Shown: positions 10,030 to 20,796, counted from the stretch's first letter. The stretch is 64,000 nucleotides of DNA from an uncultured Gammaproteobacteria bacterium (GCA_964424615.1 CAYRIU010000007.1:20052-84051); one strand, 5' to 3'. Notes: generated by a model from the sequence alone, not told the origin. A program made the numbers and translations.

Positions 10030-11787
10030 TTATTTATTAGCAATAGTCATATTGACCTGCAAATTGGCTTGTTGATTATTGACATCAATACTTTTGATTG
10101 TGTAATTAAATGATTTAATGTCCAAATTAGCAGCCTTTTGCCTGTCATTAACTACTGGTAACTGACTGGTCAAAATATTTTTGATATCAGTCTGATTGAT
10201 AGCCAAAACTTGAAAGGTAGCTGTAATATTGATAGCCTGGCCTACTGTAAAATTTTCAATAGTTGGCTGAATATCATCGACGGTTGTATTGACAATAGCC
10301 GGTATCAAATACAAAACGCCCTTGCTATATTCCTTGTTCAGACCACCGAGCAATTGCGTAGTCATGTCAGCTAAAATATTTTTCTTGACCTGCTCATAGC
10401 TAAGTTCTGGATAATCCCTCTGCTGACTCAAGGTAAAAGGCACAAGCTGGGCATAGACAAAATCTTTAGCGCCAACTTTATTTTCCACTCCCACTACTAC
10501 TGATTTGTCAGTAAAATCAAAACTAATTTTTGGATTAAGTAATGTTTTTATAGGACCACGCAAAAACCAAGCTGCCCCCGCTAAGCCAACCAAAATAATA
10601 GCCACAATAAAATAAACACTAGTAATCACTTTTTTCCAAGTAGCTTCTTCTACTTCTGCATCATTGACATCATCACTATTGCCCTCTGAGGCATTATTTT
10701 TTTCCTTGTGAGCTTTATCAGCTAATAAACCTAATTTGTTTCTATTGGCTTCATTAAAAAAATTGAGCTCGCTCTTGGTATGAGCTAGGCGAGCCAAGCC
10801 CAAAGCATTGATATACTTGGTAAATACAACTTGATCTTTATCTTTGTGTTCACTCAAAAAACTCTCACCAATAAAAGCTGGTACAGATAAATTGGCACTA
10901 AAATAATCCACCAATCCGCGCATCTGGGTCAGACCACCGATCAAAATCACCTGCTCTATTTTTAAATTAGACATCTGCTCCCAATAAACCACAAAACGCT
11001 TGATCTCATCGGTCAATGGCTGGAGTTGTCCCTGCAACATGAGCATCACTTCTCCGTCACCAGGTGCAGCAGTCAAGCCAACATCGCGCAATCTATTTTC
11101 GGCTTCAGCATAGCTAATATTAAATCTATTCTTCACAGCTACTAAAATCTCATTACCCCCAATGCCTATATTGATAGAAGATCGGATGCCACGTCCATCA
11201 TAAATACTAGCAATAGTCACTTTTGATCCTAAATCCAAAAGTAAGGTGGTAGTTTTTTTGAATTTATCATGCAGACCAGCAATAGCAGCTATAGACTCGG
11301 TAGTAATACCAGCTACTTCTATATCCAAATCTTTAAATAATTTGATATAAGAACGCACAATGTCCATCTCGGCTGCTATATAGGTAAACTCCCTATGACT
11401 ATTGTTGACCAAAAGCTCCTGAGAAGCAGTCAATAAATTATCAAAATCTTCTGGTATGGTCTCCTCTGCTTGATGCTGTATAGCTTCTGGTACTTCTTTG
11501 GATTTCAAAGCTTTTGGTATACTGATATTCCTAATAAAAGCCCTAGACTCTGGTATAGAAAAATATACCTTACTTGGATTTATGGGTCTGGGGTGACCAT
11601 TTTTAAACATAGCTGATAGCGCATCTTTGAGCTTGTCTGCCTTTACTAGACGACCACCCTCGATAATATCTGGTGAAATCCTAAATCTAGAATAGCTATC
11701 TACACTAAAACCAGTGCCATGCTTCTTGAGGACAATAGCCTCAATAGAGGCATCTGACATATCTAGACCAATAATATCCTTGGACAT
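10030..11787 (-). CDS. pilM: PilM-like actin-fold pilus assembly protein fused to a TM helix and an extracytoplasmic domain (start reassigned to ATG 11787)
   Basis: IIGLDMSDASI, LLLDLGSKVT, IGIGGNEI, VILIGG, ALGLA motifs, then TM (YFIVAIILVGLAGAAWFL) and ~170 aa more. Confidence 0.8.
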   Translation of the reverse strand: MSKDIIGLDMSDASIEAIVLKKHGTGFSVDSYSRFRISPDIIEGGRLVKADKLKDALSAMFKNGHPRPINPSKVYFSIPESRAFIRNISIPKALKSKEVPEAIQHQAEETIPEDFDNLLTASQELLVNNSHREFTYIAAEMDIVRSYIKLFKDLDIEVAGITTESIAAIAGLHDKFKKTTTLLLDLGSKVTIASIYDGRGIRSSINIGIGGNEILVAVKNRFNISYAEAENRLRDVGLTAAPGDGEVMLMLQGQLQPLTDEIKRFVVYWEQMSNLKIEQVILIGGLTQMRGLVDYFSANLSVPAFIGESFLSEHKDKDQVVFTKYINALGLARLAHTKSELNFFNEANRNKLGLLADKAHKEKNNASEGNSDDVNDAEVEEATWKKVITSVYFIVAIILVGLAGAAWFLRGPIKTLLNPKISFDFTDKSVVVGVENKVGAKDFVYAQLVPFTLSQQRDYPELSYEQVKKNILADMTTQLLGGLNKEYSKGVLYLIPAIVNTTVDDIQPTIENFTVGQAINITATFQVLAINQTDIKNILTSQLPVVNDRQKAANLDIKSFNYTIKSIDVNNQQANLQVNMTIANK

Positions 11788-11806
11788 TTTAAATACTTTA
11801 CTTCTT

Positions 11807-11943
11807 AATTCACCCCGTTGAATAGTCCCGCTAGGCGGGACTACCGCCAAAAAAATATTTTTAATTATTTTATTTTTATCATTAAATAATTAACTCTTCT
11901 ATCACCAATAGTATTTAGGTGGCGGTATTCAACAGGGTAAATT
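11807..11943. repeat. ~140-bp inverted-repeat element, copy A (pilM leader)
   Basis: AATT-CACCCCGTTGAATA-[hairpin]-TACCGCC ... GGCGGTATTCAACAGGGTA-AATT; related copy at 61652-61794. Confidence 0.85.
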
Positions 11944-11949
11944 ATAACA
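11941..11949 (-). promoter_or_regulatory. Extended -10 promoter upstream of pilM
   Basis: Minus-strand TGTTATAAT abutting the element. Confidence 0.6.
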
Positions 11950-11962
11950 TTTTTCAAAAAAT

Positions 11963-11992
11963 AAAAAAAGTTGGCTCAATAACCAACTTTTT
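11963..11992 (-). terminator. Intrinsic terminator after the minor-pilin operon
   Basis: AAAAAGTTGG-N8-CCAACTTTTT hairpin with A/T tails on both sides. Confidence 0.7.
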
Positions 11993-12026
11993 ATGATTAT
12001 ATTATATAATAAATAAAACACTTGTA

Positions 12027-12902
12027 TTACATACTAGGACAAATTTTAGTACAACCACCACAATTGGCATTGCAATAACCACCACTACAACCAACTGGTC
12101 CGGAGTGTGGGGTACCAGCAACGCCACATTCTGGGCCAGTATAGTCACACACCTCCGTCCTAGATACAGTACCATTACACGTATCGTTGCAATAAGTGCC
12201 ATTCTGCTTGATACCATCACCACACACTTCGGCACCATCATCACAAGTCTCTGTCAAAGTGATAGTAGCTGTACAAGTAGAATTGCAATGATTACTACCG
12301 CTTTCTACAATAAGATTACCACAAGTTTGAGTTTCATCTGTAGTATTGCCATCATCACAGACTTCTGTGCCTTCTATACTGCCATTGCCACAGACCTGAC
12401 AAACTCCACAATCACCACCGCAAGTACTACAGCTTTCTGTGGCATTACATATGCCATCACCACAACAAGAATTGTTCAAACAAGTACCAGCAATATAATC
12501 CTTGTGTGACTGAATAAAAAATGGCGAACTAGAAACATTGACTAGCATCACTACCGACTTACTCCAAGAGCCTACAGCCGAAGTAGTGGTAGCTGTAGAG
12601 GTAACTGTCTTAAGACCAGCATCAGTAGCAGAAATCTTATAAGAACAACTAACACCACCAATGTCAATAGAATAATCACCAGATGCACTAGTAGTAGAAG
12701 CTATCTGCCACATAGCATCACTCAAACAAGCATCAATATTGTACATCACATCATCAGACTCTAGAGTATGATAATTAGCGATATTATTTGAAGTATTGAC
12801 CATAGCGATGATCACACTGGAGACAATAAAAATAGAAGTGATCATAATCACAAAAATCAACGCTACAAACCCATTATTATTTTTTCTTAAATTATTTATC
12901 AT
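12027..12902 (-). CDS. PilX/GspK-like minor pilin with C-terminal Cys-rich repeats (DUF4215/Myxococcus Cys-rich type)
   Basis: NG|FVALIFV lacking Glu5 (PilX-like); repeated CG(D/N)G....E.CDDG motifs. Confidence 0.8.
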   Translation of the reverse strand: MINNLRKNNNGFVALIFVIMITSIFIVSSVIIAMVNTSNNIANYHTLESDDVMYNIDACLSDAMWQIASTTSASGDYSIDIGGVSCSYKISATDAGLKTVTSTATTTSAVGSWSKSVVMLVNVSSSPFFIQSHKDYIAGTCLNNSCCGDGICNATESCSTCGGDCGVCQVCGNGSIEGTEVCDDGNTTDETQTCGNLIVESGSNHCNSTCTATITLTETCDDGAEVCGDGIKQNGTYCNDTCNGTVSRTEVCDYTGPECGVAGTPHSGPVGCSGGYCNANCGGCTKICPSM

Positions 12903-12906
12903 AATA

Positions 12907-14214
12907 TTAATTTGCTCCCTGAGATTGTAGAGCCCAAATCTCTGAATTTGATAAAGCTCTATTATACAAACGTAATTCGTCTATAGTGCCAGCAAAATGA
13001 TCACCAATATGCGGATAGTTGCTAGTAGAATCATTGACCAAGAATGGCAGACTAGAAGCTGTAGTTGTACTAATATTGCCAACTCCTTTTTCATAGATCA
13101 ACATTTTAGCACTATCAGTAGGTAGATCATATACGACAGTAATATTGTAGACGGTGGCGTCAGCTAATATAGAACCGGCATCCAAAATATTAGAGCAAGT
13201 TGTGCCATTACACAAAGTAAAAATTACTTGCCCAGCATCTTCATTATTCAATAAATAATAACCCTTTGAACTACCATTAAATTTATTTATAATACCATGC
13301 TCTGAGGCATCTGGTGCATCAGTCTTGACCCAGGTGGATATGGTAAAACCATTACCAAAATTGAATTGTTCTGGATTATTAACATAACAATAATCAGAAT
13401 CTGCAGGATCAAAGTAAAAAGCATTGGTACTGCCATCTACCAAACCAGTAACAGATGTTGGACCACCAGTGCCAGTGCAAATCAAATTATAACCACCCAC
13501 CTTATCTGTGGCTGCACTAGTATCTGTATCATCAAACTTGTACCAGCTGACTAAGCCATTTGGCTGCTCATTGCGCATATCAGCAGTACTAGTAGCCTCT
13601 GAGCTAGCTCGCAAGCTAATCTGATCAGATGAAGGTAAAGTGACCTTGAGATGAGTAGTGACAGTGCTATAGCTATTGGCTGTGGTAGAAGCTGTAGAAG
13701 TAGAAAAATCCAGATTAGAATTGGTCACTATCACTTCTGGGCCAGTCAAAAAATAAGAATTATCCGCACTAGCTGCGCAGGCATTGTATTGACCATTGTT
13801 GGCAATATTTGGATAACAAGTCATCTTAAGGCGATTATTTACTACTGTAATTTTTACTCCCCCACCTCTCTCTACACACACGCCTGGTAAATAATTATCA
13901 TCTTCAAAATACAAAGCTAATATTGGTGGATTGACATTAAAATTAGAGCAATCTCCATCTATATCTTTGAGTAAACCATCGGCATTTCTGATCAAATAAT
14001 TAATAGTAGATAAAGCAGAACGTCTATTACGAGAAGCGTCTATATTAGCACTGATCTTGGCAGTCGTATTACCCATAGTCAAAGCAAAATCTACAACCGC
14101 CGAAATCACAATACCAACAATAGCCAAATAAATAATAGCTTCTACCAATGTAAAAGCAGCTAAAGATTTTTTTTGACGCAAAATATTATTTTTTAAACAT
14201 ACTTTCTTGAACAT
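12907..14214 (-). CDS. PilW-like minor pilin with a C-terminal LamG/ConA-like domain
   Basis: AA|FTLVEAIIYLAIV; GLVSWYKFDD...FTISTWVK...FAGTIDELRLYNRALS. Confidence 0.85.
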   Translation of the reverse strand: MFKKVCLKNNILRQKKSLAAFTLVEAIIYLAIVGIVISAVVDFALTMGNTTAKISANIDASRNRRSALSTINYLIRNADGLLKDIDGDCSNFNVNPPILALYFEDDNYLPGVCVERGGGVKITVVNNRLKMTCYPNIANNGQYNACAASADNSYFLTGPEVIVTNSNLDFSTSTASTTANSYSTVTTHLKVTLPSSDQISLRASSEATSTADMRNEQPNGLVSWYKFDDTDTSAATDKVGGYNLICTGTGGPTSVTGLVDGSTNAFYFDPADSDYCYVNNPEQFNFGNGFTISTWVKTDAPDASEHGIINKFNGSSKGYYLLNNEDAGQVIFTLCNGTTCSNILDAGSILADATVYNITVVYDLPTDSAKMLIYEKGVGNISTTTASSLPFLVNDSTSNYPHIGDHFAGTIDELRLYNRALSNSEIWALQSQGAN

Positions 14215-14226
14215 TGATAAAAAAAT

Positions 14227-17200
14227 TTAACGGTAATTGAGGCGCAATGAATACAAGGTAGCTGTTTCCGAATTATTATTACAGGAAGTCAAAGCTAATC
14301 TATATCTAAAATATCTCAAGTTATTCAAAGAAGCTGGAGTGCTGCTGGTAAAATTTGACGCACTACTATCGGCAAATGCTTGACTATTATAAGTAGCAAA
14401 AGAATTGTCATTGCTACCCTCTAGTGTCAAGGTCAAAGAACAACCACTAGGTATACTTTGAAAAAGTTTGATACTATTCAAAACTTTGTCACTAGAACCA
14501 AGATCAATAATAGAAGATACTAAGCTACCAGGCGAACTATACAAAGAAGCATTGGACTCTGAACCAATAGAATAAAAAGTAGAAGTAGCAGTCATGTTAT
14601 TGTACTCTGTCTTGATCCAACCAGCACTACGCAAAGTTTTGGAAACACGCACTTCATCAATACCACCCTTAAAGAAATAACTACTAGAGCTCCAATCACG
14701 ACCAATGTACATATTATTTGAAGTGCCTATAGAATAGGAATCTGTAACAGCCGCTTTACTATTATCTGCGTTACCATTAACGTAAAATTGATAACCAACA
14801 CTTCTATCATTAGTCAAGGCAATATGCGTCCATATATCTTCTGTCAAAGCATTTGTTGTATAAACATCACCTAAGTCAACGCTACCAGATCCTGCCATAA
14901 ATTGTAGTTTATCTCCTGCTCCTTGATGATAGCGTATATTCCAACCTTCAGCTATAGTGGCATTACCATTACCTTTATATATAGGACAAGAATAATCCGT
15001 ACCCGTAGAATCCGGCTTGATCCAAAATTCTACAGTAAAATCACTGGTTCCTTGCTGATTATCAGCATTATTAGTGATAGTCTGATAGTCATAACTACCA
15101 TCATAAGTTTGACCATGACCAACTTTACCATTTGATTGTAAGGGGCCATTGGTAACATACTTGGTAGCATCATTAGTATTAAATTTGCTATTTCTATTTT
15201 TAGTGGTGCTAGCCACATTGAGTGTCACTAGATCATCCAGATGCTGAACTACTTGATAATTACTATCCCAAACGCTAGATACACGCTCCATAGGAGTAAT
15301 AATGTGGCTATTACCATAAAACATATAAATATCAGTATTCGTAATACTAGATAGAGATGGTATGCGTACATAAGCCTCTATTTGTCCTGTACTGGAGCTA
15401 TAAGATACTAATTCATGATCCAAAAGTGTGGTCTGATCATCAGCGGTAAATAAAATATCATAACCCTTGTCACTCTGTATTCTGCCACCATTGGTCACTG
15501 TTTTCAGGTAACTTTGTATTTCTGAAATCAAAACCGGAAAACTACTGTGTGGACCACTCTGCACTTGACTACTATTGATAGTAATTTTTCTTTGATAGCT
15601 AAAAGAAGTGGGAGTAGGACGTGTCTCTGGACGAGAAATAAAATACATACGAAAAACATAACCAGTACTATTATACTCTAAAAAGAAAAAACCACCCTGA
15701 GCACTAACATATCTAGCATAATGATGTGGCCAGGTAGTCATGGTAGAAGCATAAGTCGAAGTATCAGAAGTGACACTGGTGATATTCGTAGGATCAGATA
15801 CATCTAGGGCGTACATATTGGCTTCGGTAGTACTATAAGTAATGACAGTACCATCACCATCATATATCAAACCAGACGAACTAAAGGTAGCCGGAACATC
15901 ATAAGTATCAAGTAAAGTAAAACTACTACCTGTATCCCTCACTGTTTTGACTTCTGCGCTAGTTTCTTCTGTAGCTATAGCAAAAGTATTACCACTACCT
16001 GAATTACCTAAATAAACTAAATCATTAGTATGAGCGGAACCAGTATACTTATAAACCAAACTAACACTAGCCGTATTGGAAATATCCCACTTACTAATAG
16101 AATAAGCAGAATTTTCTCCAGTTACATACAAATAAGGTGTAGCTCCGCTCTCATCTAGCCACATATTATGTGGAGTGGTACCCCACTGTTGCCAAGCAGA
16201 AGATACTAGGTTACCTTGAGATGAGTTGCCAGCTAAGTCTCCAGTCAATGTAGAGCCATCAGCTGATATAGTAAATGAATATAAACCACCATAAGCGCCC
16301 GTAGCTAATAATTTGGTTTGAGCTGCGTTGATAGCTATATCCATAATCCTATTACTAGCCACAACATCAGTGGTATTGAGTGTCTGCACAATAGTCTGAG
16401 TATATAAATCAATCACTTGGATAAACTTAGCACCATCACTAAATGGTCCTCTGCCAAGATAAGCATAGTGTCCGTTGGGATGAATTTTACAAGAATAAAT
16501 CTCTTCAGCTATGGTCATATTCCACAAAAGATTAATTTTGTTCTCTCGGACATTGCTAATATCGTAGGCTGAAATACCAAGGCCACTACCACCACAAGCA
16601 TACATAGTATCTCCGTCTGGAGAAGTATCCATGGCATAGTTCGTTGGCCAACCACCAGTGATAGCAATATAAGTCTCTGGTGATAAATCAGCCCAATCAC
16701 CAAAACTGCCATTACTCGCTGACTGCAAGGCCAAAGAAACCTGACCAACAGTAGAGGTGCTCACATTGCTATAGGAAGATGAGGCAGTGATCATACTAGC
16801 CCAAAATTCATTGGCTGTGGTCCCAGACCAATCAGTCTGCTCCCAAGTTTTACTGGACCAATTGGTATAAAATGTAGTCAAAACATAATCAGCTATGCCA
16901 GTACCAGAAACTGTGACTGTCACTTGCTTGGTATCTGGGTCATCTGTGCCACCAGAAGCCACGATAGACCCAGCACTATTACGCTGCACATCACTGACTA
17001 CAATCACCCTAGTCAAGCCATTTGATATATTACTAGTGCCACTAAACTCCCACAAACCATTGTTTTTCTGCACTCCTCGGGGACTGCCATCAGCAGCTGC
17101 CACGATAGTTTGCCAGCCATTGTCCCTGATACTACGAGTAGCCTCCATACCCTCTTGGGCAAATTGGGCAATAGCTTGCTTATCACCAACACCAAAAAAA

Positions 17201-17320
17201 TTTTTATAAGAAGTAGTAAAAACATAAACAACTCCCGAGGCCAAAATAGAAAAAATAGCGATAGCTACAATCAGCTCTACCAGAGAGAAGCCTTGTATTT
17301 TTTTTAATATTTTTTTTCAT
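14227..17320 (-). CDS. PilV-like giant minor pilin (beta-propeller-like region, DUF2341-like and LamG domains); frameshifted in its leader
   Basis: In-frame QG|FSLVELIVAIAIFSIL upstream of the ORF-track start; the ATG at 17320 is one base out of frame across two A8 runs; YVRIPSLS..IYMFYGN (DUF2341-like) and FKGGIDEVRVS (LamG). Confidence 0.8.
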
Positions 17321-17322
17321 GA

Positions 17323-17883
17323 CTAATCACCATAATATACTAATCCTGCTGGAGTAGTACTGACTGTTTTTTGTTCACTCACTGTATTGACCAAGATAAT
17401 AGCCTGCTCTGGCATTTCATAAGCCAAAGTAGTAGTACTCAACCAACCAGCTACTCTAGAAAAATAAAATTCATTTTGCTGATCACTGTTGGCTAAAGAC
17501 ACGCCATTTTTCAAATCAAAAATACTATCATAAGAGCTGTCCCTCGTATCATAGCTCCTGCCTTTGAATACCACTACACAGTCACCGCTATTGAGACAGG
17601 CTGAATTATTATCCAATACCTTGACACCCCAATCGTCGGAAAAATATCCAGTCACAGCATAATTTCTAGCTTTGGCAATATGATCGACTACCGCTTTAGC
17701 GCTAGCGTCCAAACTTTTTTCTTGAGTACGACTACCCAACAAAGAAGCACCAGAAGACAACAAAATCAACATAATAGCCACTATCAACAAAACTTCAATC
17801 AAAGTAAAAGCTCCTTGGGGCAATATACCTTTTAGTCGATATTTATATATTTTTTTTATAAATAAATGCACAACAATTAACAC
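17323..17883 (-). CDS. FimU/GspH-like minor pilin
   Basis: GA|FTLIEVLLIVAIM...KARNYAV; exact start uncertain. Confidence 0.8.
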   Translation of the reverse strand: MLIVVHLFIKKIYKYRLKGILPQGAFTLIEVLLIVAIMLILLSSGASLLGSRTQEKSLDASAKAVVDHIAKARNYAVTGYFSDDWGVKVLDNNSACLNSGDCVVVFKGRSYDTRDSSYDSIFDLKNGVSLANSDQQNEFYFSRVAGWLSTTTLAYEMPEQAIILVNTVSEQKTVSTTPAGLVYYGD

Positions 17884-17891
17884 GTTACATT

Positions 17892-19106
17892 TTAGCCACC
17901 GCCTGATAATTCCATCAGTTTGAAGATTGGCTGGATGATACCAATAGCCACCACACCAACTACCAAACCAATGACAATCAATAAAGCCGGCTCCAAGATA
18001 CTGGAAAAATTCTTGGAAGCATTGTCAACATCTTCTTCATAAAAATCAGCTAGATAATCAAGTACATCGCTCAAATTACCAGAGTTTTCACCGACTCTGA
18101 TCATACGATACAACATAGGTGGAAAATATTGTCTATTAGCCATAGCATCAGATAGTGAATTACCTTTCAAAATATTATGATAAACTATGGTCAGCTGCTC
18201 TCTATAGACAGCGCTAGTCAAAGTATCTGATACTATTTTGAGAGCCTGATCAATAGTGATGCCACTATTCAACAAAGAGCCCATAGTACGACAATACAAA
18301 GCTAAATTCATTTCACGAATAATGTGACCTGCCAAAGGGATTTTCAGATAAAAATAATGTAGCCACAATCTAGTATTATAAAATCTCTCCATAATCTGTG
18401 CTGCTACTACCACTCCCACTACCACAGCAATAATCACCCACCAATAACTACTCAAAAAAGCAGAAGATGCTTGTAATAGCTTGGTCAGTGGTGGCATATT
18501 GTCACCCAAGGCAGCAAAAAAACCTTGTAATTTTGGCAACACCAAAGTAGATACCATGGTCATCAAGCCTAACACGGCAATCAAAACTATAATTGGATAA
18601 ATAGAAGCCGCTTTTATTTTACTACGTAGCTCATATGTTTTGTGTTGCTGGACAGCCAAAATTTCTAAATTTTTAGCTAGTGTACCAGATGATTCACCGA
18701 CAGCTACCATATTCACAAAAAGATTGTTAAAATCTTTGGGATACTTTTTCAAAGCACTGGCAAAAGAATTACCTTTGCGCACTTCATTGAGCAAGCCGAC
18801 CATACGATCATGCACCAATGGTGAAGCACCATCAGCCAAAACTTCCAAAGCAGCGTCAATAGACATGCCAGATTTTATCATCACTGAGAGATGTTTGGAC
18901 ATCATGACTCTGTCCACCAAGCGCATAGAGCCGATAATAATCTGCTTTTTGGTTATATTTTTTTTGTCTTTGCTATATTGTTCTAGAGAAACCAAAGTCC
19001 CCTCCTGCAAAGCTAAACGATTGCGAGCTTCTTGGATATTAGCCGCATCCATTTTGCCTTTGACGATCTTACCTTGATTGTCAGTGAGTTTATAATTAAA
19101 CTGCAT
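17892..19106 (-). CDS. pilC: Type IV pilus platform protein PilC/GspF
   Basis: LSVMIKSG, VAVGESSGTL, IYP, GENSGNL, SILEP motifs. Confidence 0.95.
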   Translation of the reverse strand: MQFNYKLTDNQGKIVKGKMDAANIQEARNRLALQEGTLVSLEQYSKDKKNITKKQIIIGSMRLVDRVMMSKHLSVMIKSGMSIDAALEVLADGASPLVHDRMVGLLNEVRKGNSFASALKKYPKDFNNLFVNMVAVGESSGTLAKNLEILAVQQHKTYELRSKIKAASIYPIIVLIAVLGLMTMVSTLVLPKLQGFFAALGDNMPPLTKLLQASSAFLSSYWWVIIAVVVGVVVAAQIMERFYNTRLWLHYFYLKIPLAGHIIREMNLALYCRTMGSLLNSGITIDQALKIVSDTLTSAVYREQLTIVYHNILKGNSLSDAMANRQYFPPMLYRMIRVGENSGNLSDVLDYLADFYEEDVDNASKNFSSILEPALLIVIGLVVGVVAIGIIQPIFKLMELSGGG

Positions 19107-19108
19107 AT

Positions 19109-20794
19109 TTATTGTTTAGTCACTCTAAATATTTCCTCAATGGTTGTCTTGCCAGAAAATGCTTTCATAAATCCGTCCTCTAGCATAGTCACCATACCAT
19201 TGGCTATGGCTAGTTTGGTTATCTGATCAGAATCTGCGCGAGCCACAATCAGCTCTCGAATATTTTCTTCTATTTTCAAAACTTCAAAAATACCCAAACG
19301 GCCAGTATAGCCAGTGTGATTGCAAGCATCACAACCCTTACCTCGATAAAGACGCACTTCTTTGACTTGGCTAGTATTGATAAATTTATCAATATTGATT
19401 TCTTTTTTTATATCTGCTATTTCTTGTTCAGACAAAATATAGCTATAAATACATTTCATACATATCTTCCTGACCAATCTTTGACCAATAATCACATTGA
19501 CAGTAGAAGCTACCAAAAATGGCTGTATCTCCATATCAAGTAGACGTGGCAATGAGGTAGCAGCATCATTGGTATGCAAGGTAGACAAGACCAAATGTCC
19601 AGTCATAGCTGAATTCACAGCGATACCAGCAGTTTCATTGTCACGAATTTCTCCCACCATTATAATATCTGGATCTTGACGCAATAACGAACGTAAACCA
19701 GCAGCAAAAGTCAAATTAGTAGCTGGATTGACCTGCACTTGATTGACGCCATCCAAGCTATACTCTACTGGATCTTCGATGGTACAAATATTGATATCAC
19801 GTTTATTGAGAATCTTGACCAAGGCATACAAAGTGGTGGTTTTACCAGAACCAGTAGGTCCAGTGGACAGGATCATACCGTATGGCTTATTGATAGCTTC
19901 ATTGACTACTGCCAAATCTTTTTCATTCATACCTAGCTCTTCTAGGGTAAAAAATTTACCCTGAGAAGACAAAAGTCTCATAACTACTTTTTCACCATGA
20001 ACAATTGGCAGAATAGAGACTCTGATATCTAGCTTGATATTTTCTACCTCTGTCACAATCTTACCATCTTGAGCTGCCCTAGTTTCATCAGTACGTAGTT
20101 TGGCTAAGATTTTTATCCTAGTGACTATCATGTCCAAAATATTTTTTGGTAAATTCATGATGTCATATAGTAGACCATCAATACGAAATCTAATAACAAT
20201 TTCTTTTTCTGTTGGTTCGATGTGAATATCAGAAGCATGATTCATAAAACCATAGTTGATAATATCATCTACCAATCGGATGACAGATACATCTTCCCTA
20301 GAAGCACCCTGGGCTTTGATAGCGTTTTTTTGGATGTTGCTGACATACTCAGTCTGAATACTCTTTTTGTATAGACGCAAAGCATTTTCTAGTTCGCGAT
20401 CTGTGGCGTAGTATGTCAAAACTTTGTCGCCCAATTTTTTTTCCAAAGCCTTGACCATCGGATAATCAAATGGATCAGCCATGGCTACATGAGTGCCTTC
20501 GGTATCTCTTTTGAAAATAAGCATCTTTTGCTTACGAGCGACTATCTCTGGCAACTGAGTCAAAATCTCTGGCTTGATATTTTCCTTAGCCAGATTGACA
20601 TATTTTACATGTAAATTGTTGGCTATCAACTGTCCTATTTCTTGTGCCTTGATGAGTTCCTGCTCAATCAAAAAACCAACAAAATCTATTTTTTTCTCTC
20701 GAGAAGTTTTGAGAGCTGTATCCAAAACATCAGGCTTGATCAAGCCGTATTTGCTTATGATTTGATAAACCTTCTCATCGGTCACTATGGACAT
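19109..20794 (-). CDS. pilB: Type IV pilus extension ATPase PilB/GspE
   Basis: ASDIHIEP, GPTGSGKTTT, TIEDPVE, RQDPDIIMVGEIRD, STLHTN, Zn motif C..C/GC..C. Confidence 0.97.
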   Translation of the reverse strand: MSIVTDEKVYQIISKYGLIKPDVLDTALKTSREKKIDFVGFLIEQELIKAQEIGQLIANNLHVKYVNLAKENIKPEILTQLPEIVARKQKMLIFKRDTEGTHVAMADPFDYPMVKALEKKLGDKVLTYYATDRELENALRLYKKSIQTEYVSNIQKNAIKAQGASREDVSVIRLVDDIINYGFMNHASDIHIEPTEKEIVIRFRIDGLLYDIMNLPKNILDMIVTRIKILAKLRTDETRAAQDGKIVTEVENIKLDIRVSILPIVHGEKVVMRLLSSQGKFFTLEELGMNEKDLAVVNEAINKPYGMILSTGPTGSGKTTTLYALVKILNKRDINICTIEDPVEYSLDGVNQVQVNPATNLTFAAGLRSLLRQDPDIIMVGEIRDNETAGIAVNSAMTGHLVLSTLHTNDAATSLPRLLDMEIQPFLVASTVNVIIGQRLVRKICMKCIYSYILSEQEIADIKKEINIDKFINTSQVKEVRLYRGKGCDACNHTGYTGRLGIFEVLKIEENIRELIVARADSDQITKLAIANGMVTMLEDGFMKAFSGKTTIEEIFRVTKQ

Positions 20795-20796
20795 AA

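Noticed and set aside
11788-11850. ORF-track N-terminal extension of PilM (MAVVPPSG...)
   Set aside because: Translates the inverted-repeat element; the PilM motif starts at ATG 11787.
17317-17319. In-frame TGA suggesting genetic code 25 read-through
   Set aside because: TGA serves as a normal stop elsewhere (e.g. 42986-42988) and long ORFs are intact under code 11.
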